The notes: generated by a model not told the origin, from the letters alone. A stretch of DNA of 64,000 nt from Flaccisagitta enflata (GCA_965153355.1 OZ231126.1:14818001-14882000); one strand, 5' to 3'; positions 26,169-38,045 are shown, numbered from the stretch's first letter. Program-made: numbers and translations.

Positions 26169-27098
26169 TATTTACATACAGAAACAAGTAACGTGGAGTT
26201 ACAACATTGTCGCGGACGGGGGGGTGGGGAGGGCTGGGCTGGAAATGTGTGTATTAAACCTTTTGACTCAATAATTATGGACTAGCGGACAAACTGACCC
26301 CTTCAAAAGTCCGCAACTTAAAACAAAAGAACTTGTTTGATTATGTTTTGCTTGATTAAAAGTTTGAACCACAAAAAATCCATGATAATTTGAAAGCTCT
26401 GCTAAAGAGCATACAAATGAGATGTTGCTGGTCATTCTTGCTTCATTTGTTCAGGAATGGCATGGTTGCTTCTCATCGCATAATTGTGAAAAACACACAA
26501 AATATATTTGTTAAAAATTGATATCGGTATTAGTTGGGCAGGGGCAGTGATGTCGTTACCACGCAAATGAAAAAAGCCGCCCTCTTTAAATGGATGGTTA
26601 TAAAATTGAATCAAAATAACTTATTCAAATCCTAGCCAAATGGTGCGCTCTTGGACAGCGCATTTATTTGATTGCAGTCAAAATGAAAGATTCATCCCTT
26701 CAGGAAAATTCTTTGAACAATTTTTGTTGTATTTTTCATCAACCAAAAAATAGGTGTGGCTTTTCCATCTTTGTGTAGTAAAGATCAGTCTACTATGGTC
26801 AGACTGTTGATTTCCAGTTCCGCTTAACTTACTTTCTAATACATTTAAGGAAGCAAATATATTGAATCATAACGCGTACAAAAAGACACATTTTTGTTTT
26901 TCATCCTACAGCTACACTAGCCTACAGACTATGAAATGTATATTGAAGCAAGAAAAAAAATCTGAAGAGCTTGAAAAACTGCAAAGAGGGGTAAATATCA
27001 ATGGGAGATTATATCTTATTTTAATGTTTGGTTAGCTGACATGAGGGAAAAAACCTATCCTTATTGCGACAGTCGCCATGACTTCAACACGCCATAAA

Positions 27099-28220
27099 CT
27101 AAACCAACAACTTGGCTCTTTGCGCTGGATCCTTTGGATTCAAGGCCTTCAACTCGCTTGAGTCACCCTTGAACCGGGAGCCGATGCTCTCTGATGAGAC
27201 AATCTTGTCTTTTCCATCATAAAGGAATAAGCTTTGATCCTTGATTGTGTCTCTGACAAATTTTTCCACTTGCTGAAATTTGTCACTTGAGCAGAAGGAG
27301 CTTTCCAAGGTGTCATCAACTGTTGTTATTTGGACCTTGATCTCCCATTCTTCAAAGTGGAATAAATGGGTGACTCTTGTGTCCAGGCTGAGGTTTGTGA
27401 TGTGTGTGGGTTCTGTCAAATGAATCTCATCTGCTAAACATGCTCCCTCTACCCCTTCGTAGAATATCTTGCCTTGGAAATTCTTGTCAAGTTGGAAGAC
27501 TTCAACCACCTTCAACCTGAGAAATTCTAACTGGTTAGAATCCTTCAAATTCTTCTTTTTCATCTCTGCCAGGTCAAGATAGAAAACCGTCTCATATCTG
27601 GTGCCATTAAGCAAGATGACGGTGACTCGCATCAAAGGCAGAGAGGGTTTCAACGACTTATCTGCATTGTACATTTTGGTTTCAGTCTCATTGAACGCTT
27701 CGGCAAAAAGACGCAAATAGGTTTTTTCAGAATGTAACAGGTCAACTTTTGCTGCAAAGCAATGCATGATCAGAGGATCAAACACAGCTCGCAGTTTCGA
27801 CCAAAATTTGTCATCCAGAACCAGGCCGGTTTCATGTGCGACAAGATTCCGCGTCACTCTCACCATCGCGGTGACGCTGCAGGAACCACTGGAACATTCT
27901 TGGTTGTATTCTGGATACTTGTCCATGACGGCCTTCAGCGGGACAGTCCACTCTCCTTTAGTAACTAAAGCGCTGTTTCTTTCCAAGAGAAGAAAACTTT
28001 TAATGTATTCTTCAGAGGACAAATAGCATTTGCACTTGCAGTCTTTTTTGGAGCCTTTGCACTTGCAGGTGTCATTGTGGGGACACTGACTAATATCATC
28101 GAAATGTTGCCTCACTGGACGCACAAAATTGGAGAACTTGTCTCGATTATTCTGACAGAAAGCTGGCAAAAATTTCAAGGTTTTGTCAAAACTCTCTCTT
28201 TCAACAGGATGTGTGGCCAT
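27099..28220 (-). CDS. KEN (IRE1/RNase L-type) ribonuclease-domain protein with Cys-rich insert and probable C-terminal ubiquitin-like domains; possibly the terminal exon of the ROCO gene
   Basis: 373-aa non-repetitive ORF. HP..SFDKTLKF, LERNSALVTKGEWTVPL, Y..SVTAMVRVTRNLVAH and DDKFWSKLRAVFDPLIMHCF are collinear with human IRE1 HPFFWSLEKQLQF, LERGGRAVVKMDW..TVPL, Y..SVRDLLRAMRNKKHH and [20 protein letters not shown] (from memory). Splice acceptor ttttcag at 28242-28248. Confidence 0.75.
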   Translation of the reverse strand: MATHPVERESFDKTLKFLPAFCQNNRDKFSNFVRPVRQHFDDISQCPHNDTCKCKGSKKDCKCKCYLSSEEYIKSFLLLERNSALVTKGEWTVPLKAVMDKYPEYNQECSSGSCSVTAMVRVTRNLVAHETGLVLDDKFWSKLRAVFDPLIMHCFAAKVDLLHSEKTYLRLFAEAFNETETKMYNADKSLKPSLPLMRVTVILLNGTRYETVFYLDLAEMKKKNLKDSNQLEFLRLKVVEVFQLDKNFQGKIFYEGVEGACLADEIHLTEPTHITNLSLDTRVTHLFHFEEWEIKVQITTVDDTLESSFCSSDKFQQVEKFVRDTIKDQSLFLYDGKDKIVSSESIGSRFKGDSSELKALNPKDPAQRAKLLV

Positions 28221-28331
28221 GACAGACTACGTTGATTCAGCCTGAAAAAAATTCAAATGCTGTCATGTATCAGACGCTCCATCGATTAGACTTGGCAAAC
28301 TGAATTGAAAATTCAAATCTTGCAGTCTCAC

Positions 28332-28360
28332 CATGACGGAACCCATAGGCGCCGTGAAAC
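28332..28360 (-). CDS. Candidate 29-nt microexon upstream of the KEN exon
   Basis: On the minus strand: catag|GTTTCACGGCGCCTATGGGTTCCGTCATG|gtgaga, then a 90-nt intron to the acceptor at 28242; coding status unproven. Confidence 0.4.
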
Positions 28361-28389
28361 CTATGTTTGAGCTCAAGATAAGAAAGGGA

Positions 28390-29520
28390 CTGGGATTAGG
28401 TTATTGAGGCTAGGATTAAATATGTAAGGCAGGGATCAGGTTGCTACCAGGATATGGTCTCTGAGGCTAGGATTAGGTCGCTTAGGCCGGGATTAGGTCA
28501 GTGAGGCTGGGATAAGGTCAGTGAGGTCAAGATAAGATCACTCGCTGAAGGCAGGATTAGGTTGTTCAGACTGGCATTAAGTTGCTGAGATTTGGATTAG
28601 GTTTCCGAGGCTGGCATTAGGTTACTGAGATTGTGATTAGATTGCTAAAACTGAAATTAGGTCCCAAAGGCTAGTATTAGGTCGCTAAGGCCACTATTAA
28701 GTTGCTGAGGCTATAAGGTCGCTAAGGCCATCATTAGTTTGCTGATGCTGGTATTAGGTCGTTGATATTGGTGTTATATTGCTGAGGCCAGGATATGGTC
28801 GCTTAGGCCAGTATTAGGTCGCTGAGGCCATCATTAGAGTGCATAGGCTTAGATTAAGTCGCTGAGGCCCCAATTAGACTGCTGAGGCCCAGATTAGGTT
28901 AGTGAGGCCCAGATTAAGTTGGTAAGTCCCAGATTAGGTGCTGAGGCTGGGATTAGGTGGCTGTGGCTTTCATGAGGCTGCTGTCGTGGGCATATTGTCA
29001 CTGACGCCGGCAGGATATAGCTGGAATGAGTTTTCTTAGGCCAGCATGAGGCCATTGAGGCCAAAAATAGCACATTGAGGCCAGGATTTTGTTGCTTATG
29101 CTGGGATTAGGTCCTTGAAGCCAGGATGAAGTGACTAGAGGCTAGGATGAGATTGCTTAGGCTAGGATTAGGTTGTTGAGGCGAGAATGTTACTGAGACT
29201 GAGACATGGTTTAGGTAAGTAAGGCCAGGATTAGATGCTGGCATTAAGTTGCTGAAATTGGGATAAAGTTGCTGAGGCTGAGATCAGGTTGCAGAGGCTG
29301 GTATTGGGTTACCGAGTTGATTGCAAGATTAAGTTGTTGAGGCTAATAAGGTCACTGAGGCTGACATTAGGTCATTGAGGCTGGGATAAGATTGCTGGGG
29401 CCTTGATTGGCTTGCTGAAGCCCGAATAAAGTTGCTGTGGCCAGGATCAGGTTGCTGGGGCTGGCGTTAAGTCGCTGAGGCCAGGATGCAGACACTGAGG
29501 TCAGGATTAGGTTGATGAGG
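28390..29520. repeat. Degenerate ~20-bp minisatellite (GGATTAGGTCGCTGAGGCTG-like)
   Basis: About 50 diverged tandem units; resembles the family B internal repeats. Confidence 0.8.
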
Positions 29521-29538
29521 CTTTAAAAAGGTCCCTGA

Positions 29539-30156
29539 CACTGCTTTCTGACAGAAGATTTGTGACAAGAATGATATCACTCCGGGTTTTTCTGCATTTT
29601 TGTGTAGGTCATAGGCATACAAATCAAGAACTGTCCAGTGGAAAATCATCCCTAGAGCGCATTTTGAAAAAAAGTCAAAAATTAATGATTTTTAGCTTCA
29701 ATATAGATGAATAACTTTGCAGGTTGGTCTGACTAATTTTTTGACAGCATATTGTCAATCCTGATCTAATTCCCTTTCATTTGATAGGTCGCACTATATG
29801 GTTTTAAAAAGAAATAACATTTTCTTTTTTTTTGCCACCGTTACAAAAATTGCAACGGTGGCCTTAAATATGAAAATTTGATTTTTTATCAAAATTATAT
29901 AGTGCGACCTATCAAATGAAAGGGAATTTTATCAGGATTAACAATATGCTATTAAAAAAAGTGTCAAACCAAACTGAAAATTTTTTTGTAAAAAATGAAG
30001 CTAAAAATCATAAATTTTTGATTTTTTTCAAAATGCGCTCTAGGGATGATTTTCCACTTAATGGTTCTTGATTTGTAAGCCTATGACCTACACAAAAATA
30101 AAGAAAAACCCGGAGTGATATCATTCTTGTCACAAATCTTCTGTCAGAAAGCAGTG
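29539..30156. mobile_element. Near-palindromic foldback MITE (~620 bp)
   Basis: CACTGCTTTCTGACAGAAGATTTGTGACAAGAATGATATCACTCCGGGTTTTTC is exactly inverted at the right end; the arms pair toward a centre CCACCGTT..AACGGTGG. Confidence 0.85.
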
Positions 30157-30234
30157 CTGAAGCCACCCTTCTATCCATGTTCCATTTCAGCTTCTCAATC
30201 ATTTCAGTCATAGAATTATAATGTAGGTTTCTTT

Positions 30235-31175
30235 TGAGCAGCGGCCCCAGAGGGGCCGATGACCTCTGATTCTACACAGGACAAATTTATCCAGTTTCCT
30301 TCCGTCCGTCTGTCTGTTCATCCCCCCCAGAAGCCTCAAAACAGGTCTCTCAGACCACAAATGAAGCTCTTTCAGACCCCAAATTAGACCTCTCAGGCAT
30401 TTTAGACCCTAAATCAGGCCACTCAGACCCAAAACTAGACCTCTCAGACCCCAAACAAGACTTCTCAGACCCCGAATCAGGTCACTCAGACCCCAAATCA
30501 GGCCACTCAGACCACAGATCAGGCCACTCAGACCACAGATCAGGCCACTCAAATCCCAAATCGGGCCACTCAGACCCAAAATTAAGCCTCTCAAACCCCA
30601 AATCAGGCCTTCAGACTCCAAATTAGACCTCACAGACGCAAATTAGACCTCTCAGACCCCAAATCAGGCCTTTCAGACCCATATTCAAGCCTTCCAGACC
30701 CCAAATCACACCTCTCAGACCAGCTTCTCAAATCCCACATTTGTCCATTACCCCCAGGCCCAATTCACTCCTCTCTGGCCTCAAATGAGGCATCCAAGAC
30801 CTCAAATAAGGCATCGCAGACCTCAAATCAGGCCCCTTGGCACCAAAATCAAGTCCTCTGGGGCCGCTGCCCCTCTCATCTCATTCCCCAAATTAGGCCT
30901 TTCAGACCCATATTCAAGCCTTCCAGACCCCAAATCACACCTCTCAAACCAGCTTCTCAAATCCCACATTTGTCCATTACCTCCAGGCCCAATTCACTCC
31001 TCTCTGGCCTCAAATGAGGCATCCAAGACCTCAAATAAGGCATCGCAGACCTCAAATCAGGTCCCTTGGCACCAAAATCAAGTCCTCTGGGGCCGCTGCC
31101 CCTCTCATCTCATTCCCACATACACAAACTTAGGGGCATCGGGTTCCGCTGACCATGAAACGCTTTTGCGACTTG
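30235..31175 (-). mobile_element. HINE-like family B element with 21-bp repeats and an internal ~229-bp tandem duplication
   Basis: GCAGCGGCCCCAGAGGGGCCGATGACC terminus, (CAGACCCCAAATCAGGCCACT)n, block 30661-30889 repeated from 30890. Confidence 0.6.
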
Positions 31176-31199
31176 TGATTATGGGGGTAAGCATAATAA

Positions 31200-31772
31200 G
31201 AATAGTCGCAAAAGCGTTAGATGGTCAGCGGTACCCGTTGCCCCTATGTGAGTGTATGTGGGTGTGAGGTGGTTAGTGGGGCAGCGGCCCCGAAGGGGCC
31301 GATGACCTATGCTGATTTTATTTGAGCCTCAAGGCTGGTATTTGAGCCTGGAGGCTTGGATTTGAGCCTGGAGGCAGGGATTTGAGCCTGGAGGCAGGGA
31401 TTTGAGCCTGGAGGCAGGGATTTGAGCTTCATGGCTGGGGTTTGAGCTTCAATGCTGGGATTTAAGCCTCGAGGCTGGGATTTGAGCCTCGAGGCTAGGA
31501 TTTGAGCCTCAAGTGTGGGATTTGGGCCAGAAAGCTGGGGTTTGAGCCTTGAAGCTGGGGTTGGGGCCTTAAGGTTGGAATTTGGGTCTCAATGCTGAAA
31601 TTTGGGCCTCTAGGCCAGAATTTGGGTTAAAGGGCTGGGATATGGCCTTGAGGTGGGATTTGGGTCCCAAGGCCGGGGGGGGGGGACGTAGAAGGAGGAG
31701 AAGAAGGTGAAGGAGAAATTTCCCCTGTGTGAAAGCATAGGTCATCGGCCCCTTCGGGGCCGCTGCCCAAAA
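31200..31772 (+). mobile_element. HINE-like family B element with perfect 35-bp subterminal/terminal inverted repeat
   Basis: GGGCAGCGGCCCCGAAGGGGCCGATGACCTATGCT at 31279-31313 is exactly inverted at 31734-31768; internal (GGATTTGAGCCTGGAGGCAG)n. Confidence 0.7.
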
Positions 31773-32018
31773 GGAATGAAGTATGAAATATGTAGTATTT
31801 TCTTTAAGAATTAAGAATACTGCTGGTTTAGCCATGGCTAGGGAGCATATTCATGTATGACTGCCAAAGAAGCAAAATCCTTACAGAACATACTATTGAT
31901 TTTGAGCAATATCCTCTGTTTGAAATATTCACATTTTAGCAAAAAGAAAAAAAAAAATAGAGATGTGCTTCTATGGCAGCTGCCCTTAATGGAGAATGAA
32001 ACATCCTTCTTTGTTTTT

Positions 32019-32198
32019 AGTCGCATGCATGCAACTCTACAACCCGCTTTGTCCGTCCGTTGGTTGGTCACACTTTACTTTTTTTTATGATTTTATTTCT
32101 TTGACCTTTCGGCTCCTGTCCAAATGGTCTGGTGACCTGAAATATGGCCCGTGCCCACCCGCACGCGACTTCAGTAGCCTCGTATCCGGCCTTGTTTT
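32019..32198 (+). mobile_element. Short HINE-like element (family A)
   Basis: 5' AGTCGCATGCATGCAACT, GTCC microsatellite, 3' GCACGCGACT..GTATCCGGCCTTGTTTT. Confidence 0.55.
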
Positions 32199-32452
32199 AT
32201 TCACTTGAACAGCTCTAGTTTTTTCCCCATTATGTTTGCCCTCATCATCACACGTCTAAACGTATCTCCCACAATCTCCAATGATCTGGTTAACAAAACA
32301 GAGATACAGAATCTAATTGGAGAAAAATTTTTTTGAAAAAGGTAAAAAATGGTTTCCTTCATTTTTTGCATGCTCTGCGCCTAAGGGTTTAGGATTCTCA
32401 CTGCAATGAGATTTGAACTTTTAAATCAATTCGCGGAGATCTATAAAATGAG

Positions 32453-34752
32453 CTATTGATCATGGTGGTAAGATAAAAGCAACATATTCTGACTCAACGT
32501 AATGACAGACAAGATGACGCTTGTTTCAAAATAATCCGCACGTGCCCCTCCAAGGGTTTCTTGATCAATCAATAGTGGAGAAATGCAGCGACTCTCTTTT
32601 GGGTGAAACACGTTCATGATTTTGATCGCCAAATTACTCGGGAAGCAGTACTTTGGATCGCAATTCAATCTCTTCAACCTTTTCCTCTTGCTTCTGGTGT
32701 CATCCTCTAGTGAGTCACCATGAATGGTGGGTTGTGGGTCGTAGTCTCCATGCTCACAATCTGGGTCAAATGAAGGACAAACGAGCTGACAATCCTCATC
32801 TTCCAGGTCAACATTTGAAGTAACCTCATTCAAGATGATCCATGCCAATTCAGGCAAGATTTTGGCATCTGCGAGTGTGACCATGAGATTCAACAGATTA
32901 TCATCTGGGGATTGAGGTTTGTAAACAGCAACTTCAAAGTGACCCACCTTTGCCAGAATGGCATCTTCTCTTGTTCGCAGAATCAGCTTTCCATCCATAA
33001 TTGAAGCCAGCCTTTGCATGACCGATGTTGCTACAGCGAAATTCTTACTCATTGTTCTCTTGCATATCTTTGTCTCTGAGGTAAAGCATACAGTAAGCTC
33101 AAAAAAGGATTTCAACCCCAGGGTGGTTTTGATAAAGGTCTCTACATCCTTATCATCTGCAGTCTTAAAGATCAGATGTGGAATGAAGTACATTTTCATT
33201 CCAAGTACATTCTCATTCATAGGAACGATGATGTTCAAATGAGAGAGAATGAAAAGGAGAGATTCCATTAACAACTCCGACTCAACATTGGATGAACTGA
33301 AATCAAGATCATCAAATCCAATGCTCAAACCTTCGGCACTTCCTTTCAACTCTCTGTGAAGATGTACAAACATTCCTTTGATCAAAGGCAAAGGCAGTTG
33401 GCCATCTTCGTACGCTTGGATAAGCGTATCTTTATCACTGGGTTTCAGCTGGTGAAACTCTGCAAAATTCCCAAGCAGCAATTGCATGGCATGGTAGAAA
33501 AGACTCTTCATAACAACAGCCAACTTTTCAATTCTATGAAAAATGACAGTGCTACCATCGTGCCATATTACGCTCCCTCTTACGCTGAGAGCTTTCAGCA
33601 TCTCAATGACGTCGTAGTCATTTAGTGATGGGGCAAAGGCGCGTAGGTCATCAACTTTGACATATGGTTTATCTTGGTTCTGATTCAAGAGCCAGTCAGT
33701 GGCTTCTTTCCAACTCTCTTGAAGCATGACTGTTGGCAAGTTGGAAATAGCCCTTCCTAAATTGGACTCAAATGTATCAAAACCCTTTAGGTCGTGAGAA
33801 CTGACAAAAGATATAGAGTCAGTGTTAAATACCGGAGGATTTTCCACTTTGCCGACTTGTTTACTCAGCTTTCTTTCTAAACCCTGTTTTTGATCTTCTA
33901 ATTTGGCCAATTCATCAGGATTGTCCGTTGAAGCTTCGATGTCCTTTTCAACCTCTGCCAGTTTTTGCTGCAGCTGTTTTTTTCTATCCTCACGGATTTT
34001 CAGGGGTTTCCCAATTCTCGAATCTAAGAAAGCCAGCAGTTGAGCTTTCATCTCCTTAATTCGTGACGGCCTCTCCTTCTCGTCGATCAAGTCAATCTTA
34101 GACACAACAAACAAGAAATTTGGACTACTGGCTCCATCGAGGATCTTTTCAACCCAGATCCAAGCACTTTCATAGAGTGAATCATCGTCTATAAAATCAT
34201 CTGGGTTCAGGAGGCATATATAGAGGCCATGATGTCGGCACAAGACAGCAAGTGCTGACTCGTACTCTTTGTGACCTCCCAAGTCAATGATTTTCAATAT
34301 CAAATCTTTGAGGTATGCTGGATAAACATCAAAGACCTGTGTCCGATCTTCCAATTTGATTTCTTTTGCCGAGACAATCTTGCCTGCCAGACACTGCCCA
34401 AAGGATGTCTTACCTGCTTCTTGTCTGCCAATGAGCATGACAGTCACATCTTTTGCATCAATCATGGAGTTGGGGTAATTGGTCAAATATTTGATGACGG
34501 CGCATTTTCCCTCATCGAAAACATGCTTGGGAGGGTAAATCAATGGGTTATTGTTCAGTATGGACAGTCTGCCACTCTCATCCAGAAATTTCAACATCTC
34601 CTTTTGGGGCAACTCTGTGATTTTGTTGTTTTGTAAATCGGGGTAAAACCAAGGTCGCAGAATTGAAGGATGTATTGTTTTGATGGAGCAATCAAATGCC
34701 CGCAATGTTGAAAGCCGCGATGAAGGTGGAATGGCAGGCAAAAACTTCAACT
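32453..34752 (-). CDS. ROCO protein, large LRR-ROC(GTPase)-COR exon
   Basis: Acceptor ttttcag at 34753. LRR end and NNPLIYPP..EG..AV..YL cap; P-loop GRQEAGKTS, switch I RTQVFDV, DLGGHKEY, SKID, FVSS; COR-like WKEATDWL..LKALSVRGSVIW..IFH. The 3' end may splice out near 32494 or 32542 instead of stopping at 32453. Confidence 0.9.
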
Positions 34753-35152
34753 CTGAAAATGAGAAAAAAAAAAAAAATTCAAATATGGGTGATCATGTCC
34801 CCCTTTGACTTTCTGTTGACACTTTTCTGTCACTCAGCTGGTCAGTTTTTTCGTCCTCAAATTCAATCAGCACCTACAATGTTAGTCTCATGATTTTTGA
34901 GTGCCCCACCTTGTCATTTTTAGGCTTTTGAGAGTGATTTTTGCATTTCTGCCCCAACTAGCACACTCGATGAGTGCCCATGACTGGTTTTGCTATGTAT
35001 TTAGTCTTACTTTTTCTTGTCTTTGGTGCTTGACAAGTAAATGTCATTGACATCAGTCCAGTTGTAGTTTCAGTCTGTGTAGTCATAACCTGAAATGTGA
35101 TTTTCGAAGTAAATTCCATGCTTTCATTGCTACAACGTGAACACCATCTTAC

Positions 35153-35287
35153 CTTTGTTGCCGTCAAGATGTACGTATTTCAATGGACCATGAAACAGAT
35201 TTGTTGGAAGTGATTCCAAGGAACAGTTTCTTGCACTCAATGCTTTTAGAGACGAGGTGGAGTTAATTGATGGAATGGTCTTTAATC
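35153..35287 (-). CDS. ROCO LRR cassette exon G (135 nt, phase 1-1)
   Basis: GLKTIPSINSTSSLKALSARNCSLESLPTNLFHGPLKYVHLDGNK; cag/gtaag boundaries. Confidence 0.9.
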
Positions 35288-35331
35288 CTGTAAATAAGAG
35301 GACAAAATGATCATCATCATCATCATCGTCG

Positions 35332-35394
<63 letters not shown>

Positions 35395-35678
35395 CCATCA
35401 TTCATCATCAATACATCATCATCGTGGCAACTATGTAAGGAGGGGGGTGTCTGAAAGTGATTGCTAAAAATAAAGGTCTATAACACATTGTTTCGAGTAA
35501 CATGAAATCAAATGCAGGTGGGCAGGGGCAGTGATGTAAAATCACTCTCAAACGACAAAAATACTGAGCATCATTGCCCGTGCCCTCCTGCAATGGACCA
35601 CTAATCAATCGTGCATCCAGCCTTGTCGATATCTTCTTTCATCAATACCAGTTTTGTGGTAAAGCCATCATTTCACAC

Positions 35679-35813
35679 CTTTGTTTTCATCAAGATTAAC
35701 ATTTTCCAATTTGAAATGAAATAGATTTGTTGGAAGAGATTCAAGAGAGCATTTTTTTGCTGTCAGATTCTTGAGTTTAGATGTCGAGGTAAGAGGCGGA
35801 AGAGACCGTAATC
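35679..35813 (-). CDS. ROCO LRR cassette exon F (135 nt, phase 1-1)
   Basis: GLRSLPPLTSTSKLKNLTAKKCSLESLPTNLFHFKLENVNLDENK; cag/gtgtga boundaries. Confidence 0.9.
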
Positions 35814-35902
35814 CTGTAAAGGATGAAAAAAAAATGAGATAAATTGTTTTACTCAAGATTGCTGAGAAAATTGGCTGCACAGTCACATCCTTCAAGTTTT
35901 AC

Positions 35903-36037
35903 CTTCATTTTCATCAAGACGAACATCCTCCAACTGAAGATGGAACAAATTTGTTGGAAGTGACTCAAGAGAGCATTTCTCAGCCATAAGTTTCTTGAGT
36001 TGCGACGATGAAGAAAGATATGGTAGAGACTGTAATC
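35903..36037 (-). CDS. ROCO LRR cassette exon E (135 nt, phase 1-1)
   Basis: GLQSLPYLSSSSQLKKLMAEKCSLESLPTNLFHLQLEDVRLDENE; cag/gtaaaa boundaries. Confidence 0.9.
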
Positions 36038-36125
36038 CTGCAATCGACAACATTAAACGACAAGATTATCATAACTGCAACTACTAATGTCATATTGCCA
36101 TGAATAGTGTAAACAGCTACCTCAC

Positions 36126-36260
36126 CTTCATTTTCATTAAGACAAATTTCCTCCAACTGAAAGTGGAATAAATTTGTTGGAAGTGATTCCAGAGAACATT
36201 TTTCTGCCATCAGTTTTTTGAGTTGTGATGATGAAGAAAGATGTGGAAGAGACTTTAATT
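36126..36260 (-). CDS. ROCO LRR cassette exon D (135 nt, phase 1-1)
   Basis: ELKSLPHLSSSSQLKKLMAEKCSLESLPTNLFHFQLEEICLNENE; cag/gtgagg boundaries. Confidence 0.9.
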
Positions 36261-36315
36261 CTGGAAAAAGAAGGAAGTAAAGGAGATTATCATCAAATTA
36301 TGTCAAATTGCCAAG

Positions 36316-38045
36316 AGCTCACAGCCGCCCAGAGCGTGAAGCTTGTTGACCTAAAACAATTGGCACCAACTTGGATGGTTTCAGAACCCTGATGGTGCAT
36401 ATAACACATATCTAAGAAAAATGAAATCTGTTTTAGGTAGGGGTGAGTCGAGCAATTAATTGCTCGACGATTAATCGAGGAAAGATTTTGCATTGCTTGC
36501 TCGAGGAAAGCAAAAATCCTAGGGGGGAAAAATTTTGTTCTAACAAACCAACCAAAGGATGGACAGACATGACCTATCATAGATTTGCAGGAACGCACAT
36601 AAAAATACAATAGGACAAAAAATATTTTTGACAGACTGATGGATTGACGGAGCTCATAGATGGACTGATAAACCCAAAAAATACTGTTGATTAATCAAAC
36701 AAGCCCAAACTAGCAACGATGCGTCCAGACTGTGTCTCTGCGTATATTGATCATGTGACACATATGGATTGACAGATGGACAAACAGACAGATGGAACAA
36801 CAAGATTAGTATTGGAGGCTCTCAAATCATGTTGTTCTCGCAGTAGATTCAGTGTAGGATCTCGTCGTGGCCGAAAACGGTCAAAAACCGCGGTTTTTGC
36901 ACAGGCGTAACGGACCGACGGACGGACCGACGGACGGACCGACGGACGGACGGACGGATGGACGGACTGACCAACGGACGGACGGACGGACAAACCCTCT
37001 TATAGAGATGCGAGGACGCATCTAAAAATGGTAAATCATAAAGATACTTCAGGGACTCAGTTTTAGAACTTAGTTACAAATATCATCTGATATCAAGCGT
37101 CATCTGACAAATAAAACCTTTTCGCCTTAATCCGTAGTGGCTTTTTTTGGGATGTCGGATTTAGCAAGTAAGCAAGTAAGCTGCCTAGGATCATTTTACG
37201 CGTGACTGCTTACTATCCTCAGGAAAAACTTTAAAAAAAAATGCTTCGTAACTTGTGATCATCTGAGACAAATAATGTTACTTTATTTTGTTCATAAAAC
37301 TGAAAAAAAAAAATAGTATTAATTTGTTCGTGGCCTACTTTGAAATATGTTTTTCTATAAAGTCTAAAAGAAAAACAAGTTCCATTGCGTTACCATTTTT
37401 TTCTTTTTAGAACTATTAGGTGAAAAAGTTATTTAAAATCACTTATCGAACGCTGGAAAAAAATCCTTGTAAATGCTTGAGGATTCCTCGAGGAATTAGG
37501 ATTTTGGGCGATTTATCATCGAGGAAAAATATCAAATCCTCGACTCAGCCCTAGTTTTAGGGCTCTTTTTAAAATATTTGAAAAAAAAAAAATTTTTATC
37601 ATAACTTTGTGATTGAGTTTTTCATTGATTTTTAGTGAAGTTCTGATCTGAAATAGTGGCTTCCGGTTTGTCATGCTATACACTTTTGCAAAAGAGATAA
37701 AAAGTTAATCTTTCCAATTAAATATTGTTTTGTATAGTATTATGACCAAAAAATAACTTTTTATTTCTTTTGCAATAGTATATAGTGCGACGTATCAAAC
37801 TAACCGGAAACTATTATTTGAGATCAAATCCGCACTTAAATTCATTGAAAAAACAAATCACAAAGAGTTATGGTAAAAAATGCAGTAAAAAAGTGCTATT
37901 TTTTTTAATATCTTAAAAAGCGCCTTTAAAAAGATTTCATTTCTCTCAGATATGTGTTCTATGCACCATTAGGGTCATGAAACCACTTGAATTGGCGCCA
38001 ACCATTTCAGGTCAACTAGTGTCACGCTCTGAGGGGCTGTGAGCT
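36316..38045. mobile_element. Long-TIR MITE in LRR intron C-D, host of nested insertions
   Basis: AGCTCACAGCC..GAGCGTGA..GGTGCAT..AACACATATCT at left is inverted at 37923-38045. Confidence 0.7.
36438..37553. mobile_element. hAT-type non-autonomous element with 8-bp TSD
   Basis: TIRs TAGGGGTGAGTCGAG / CTCGACTCAGCCCTA (1 mismatch), flanked by GTTTTAGG at 36430-36437 and 37554-37561; contains a (GGAC)n HINE-like insert at ~36695-37027. Confidence 0.8.

Noticed and set aside
28390-31700. 20-21-bp repeat arrays as coding repeats or CRISPR
   Set aside because: Internal minisatellites of dispersed non-autonomous elements; the ORFs are short and differ between copies
28361-32452. A kinase domain between COR and KEN (LRRK- or IRE1-like)
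   Set aside because: No kinase motifs (VAxK, HRD, DFG) recognised; the interval is almost all repeats, so no LRRK2 or IRE1 symbol was assigned
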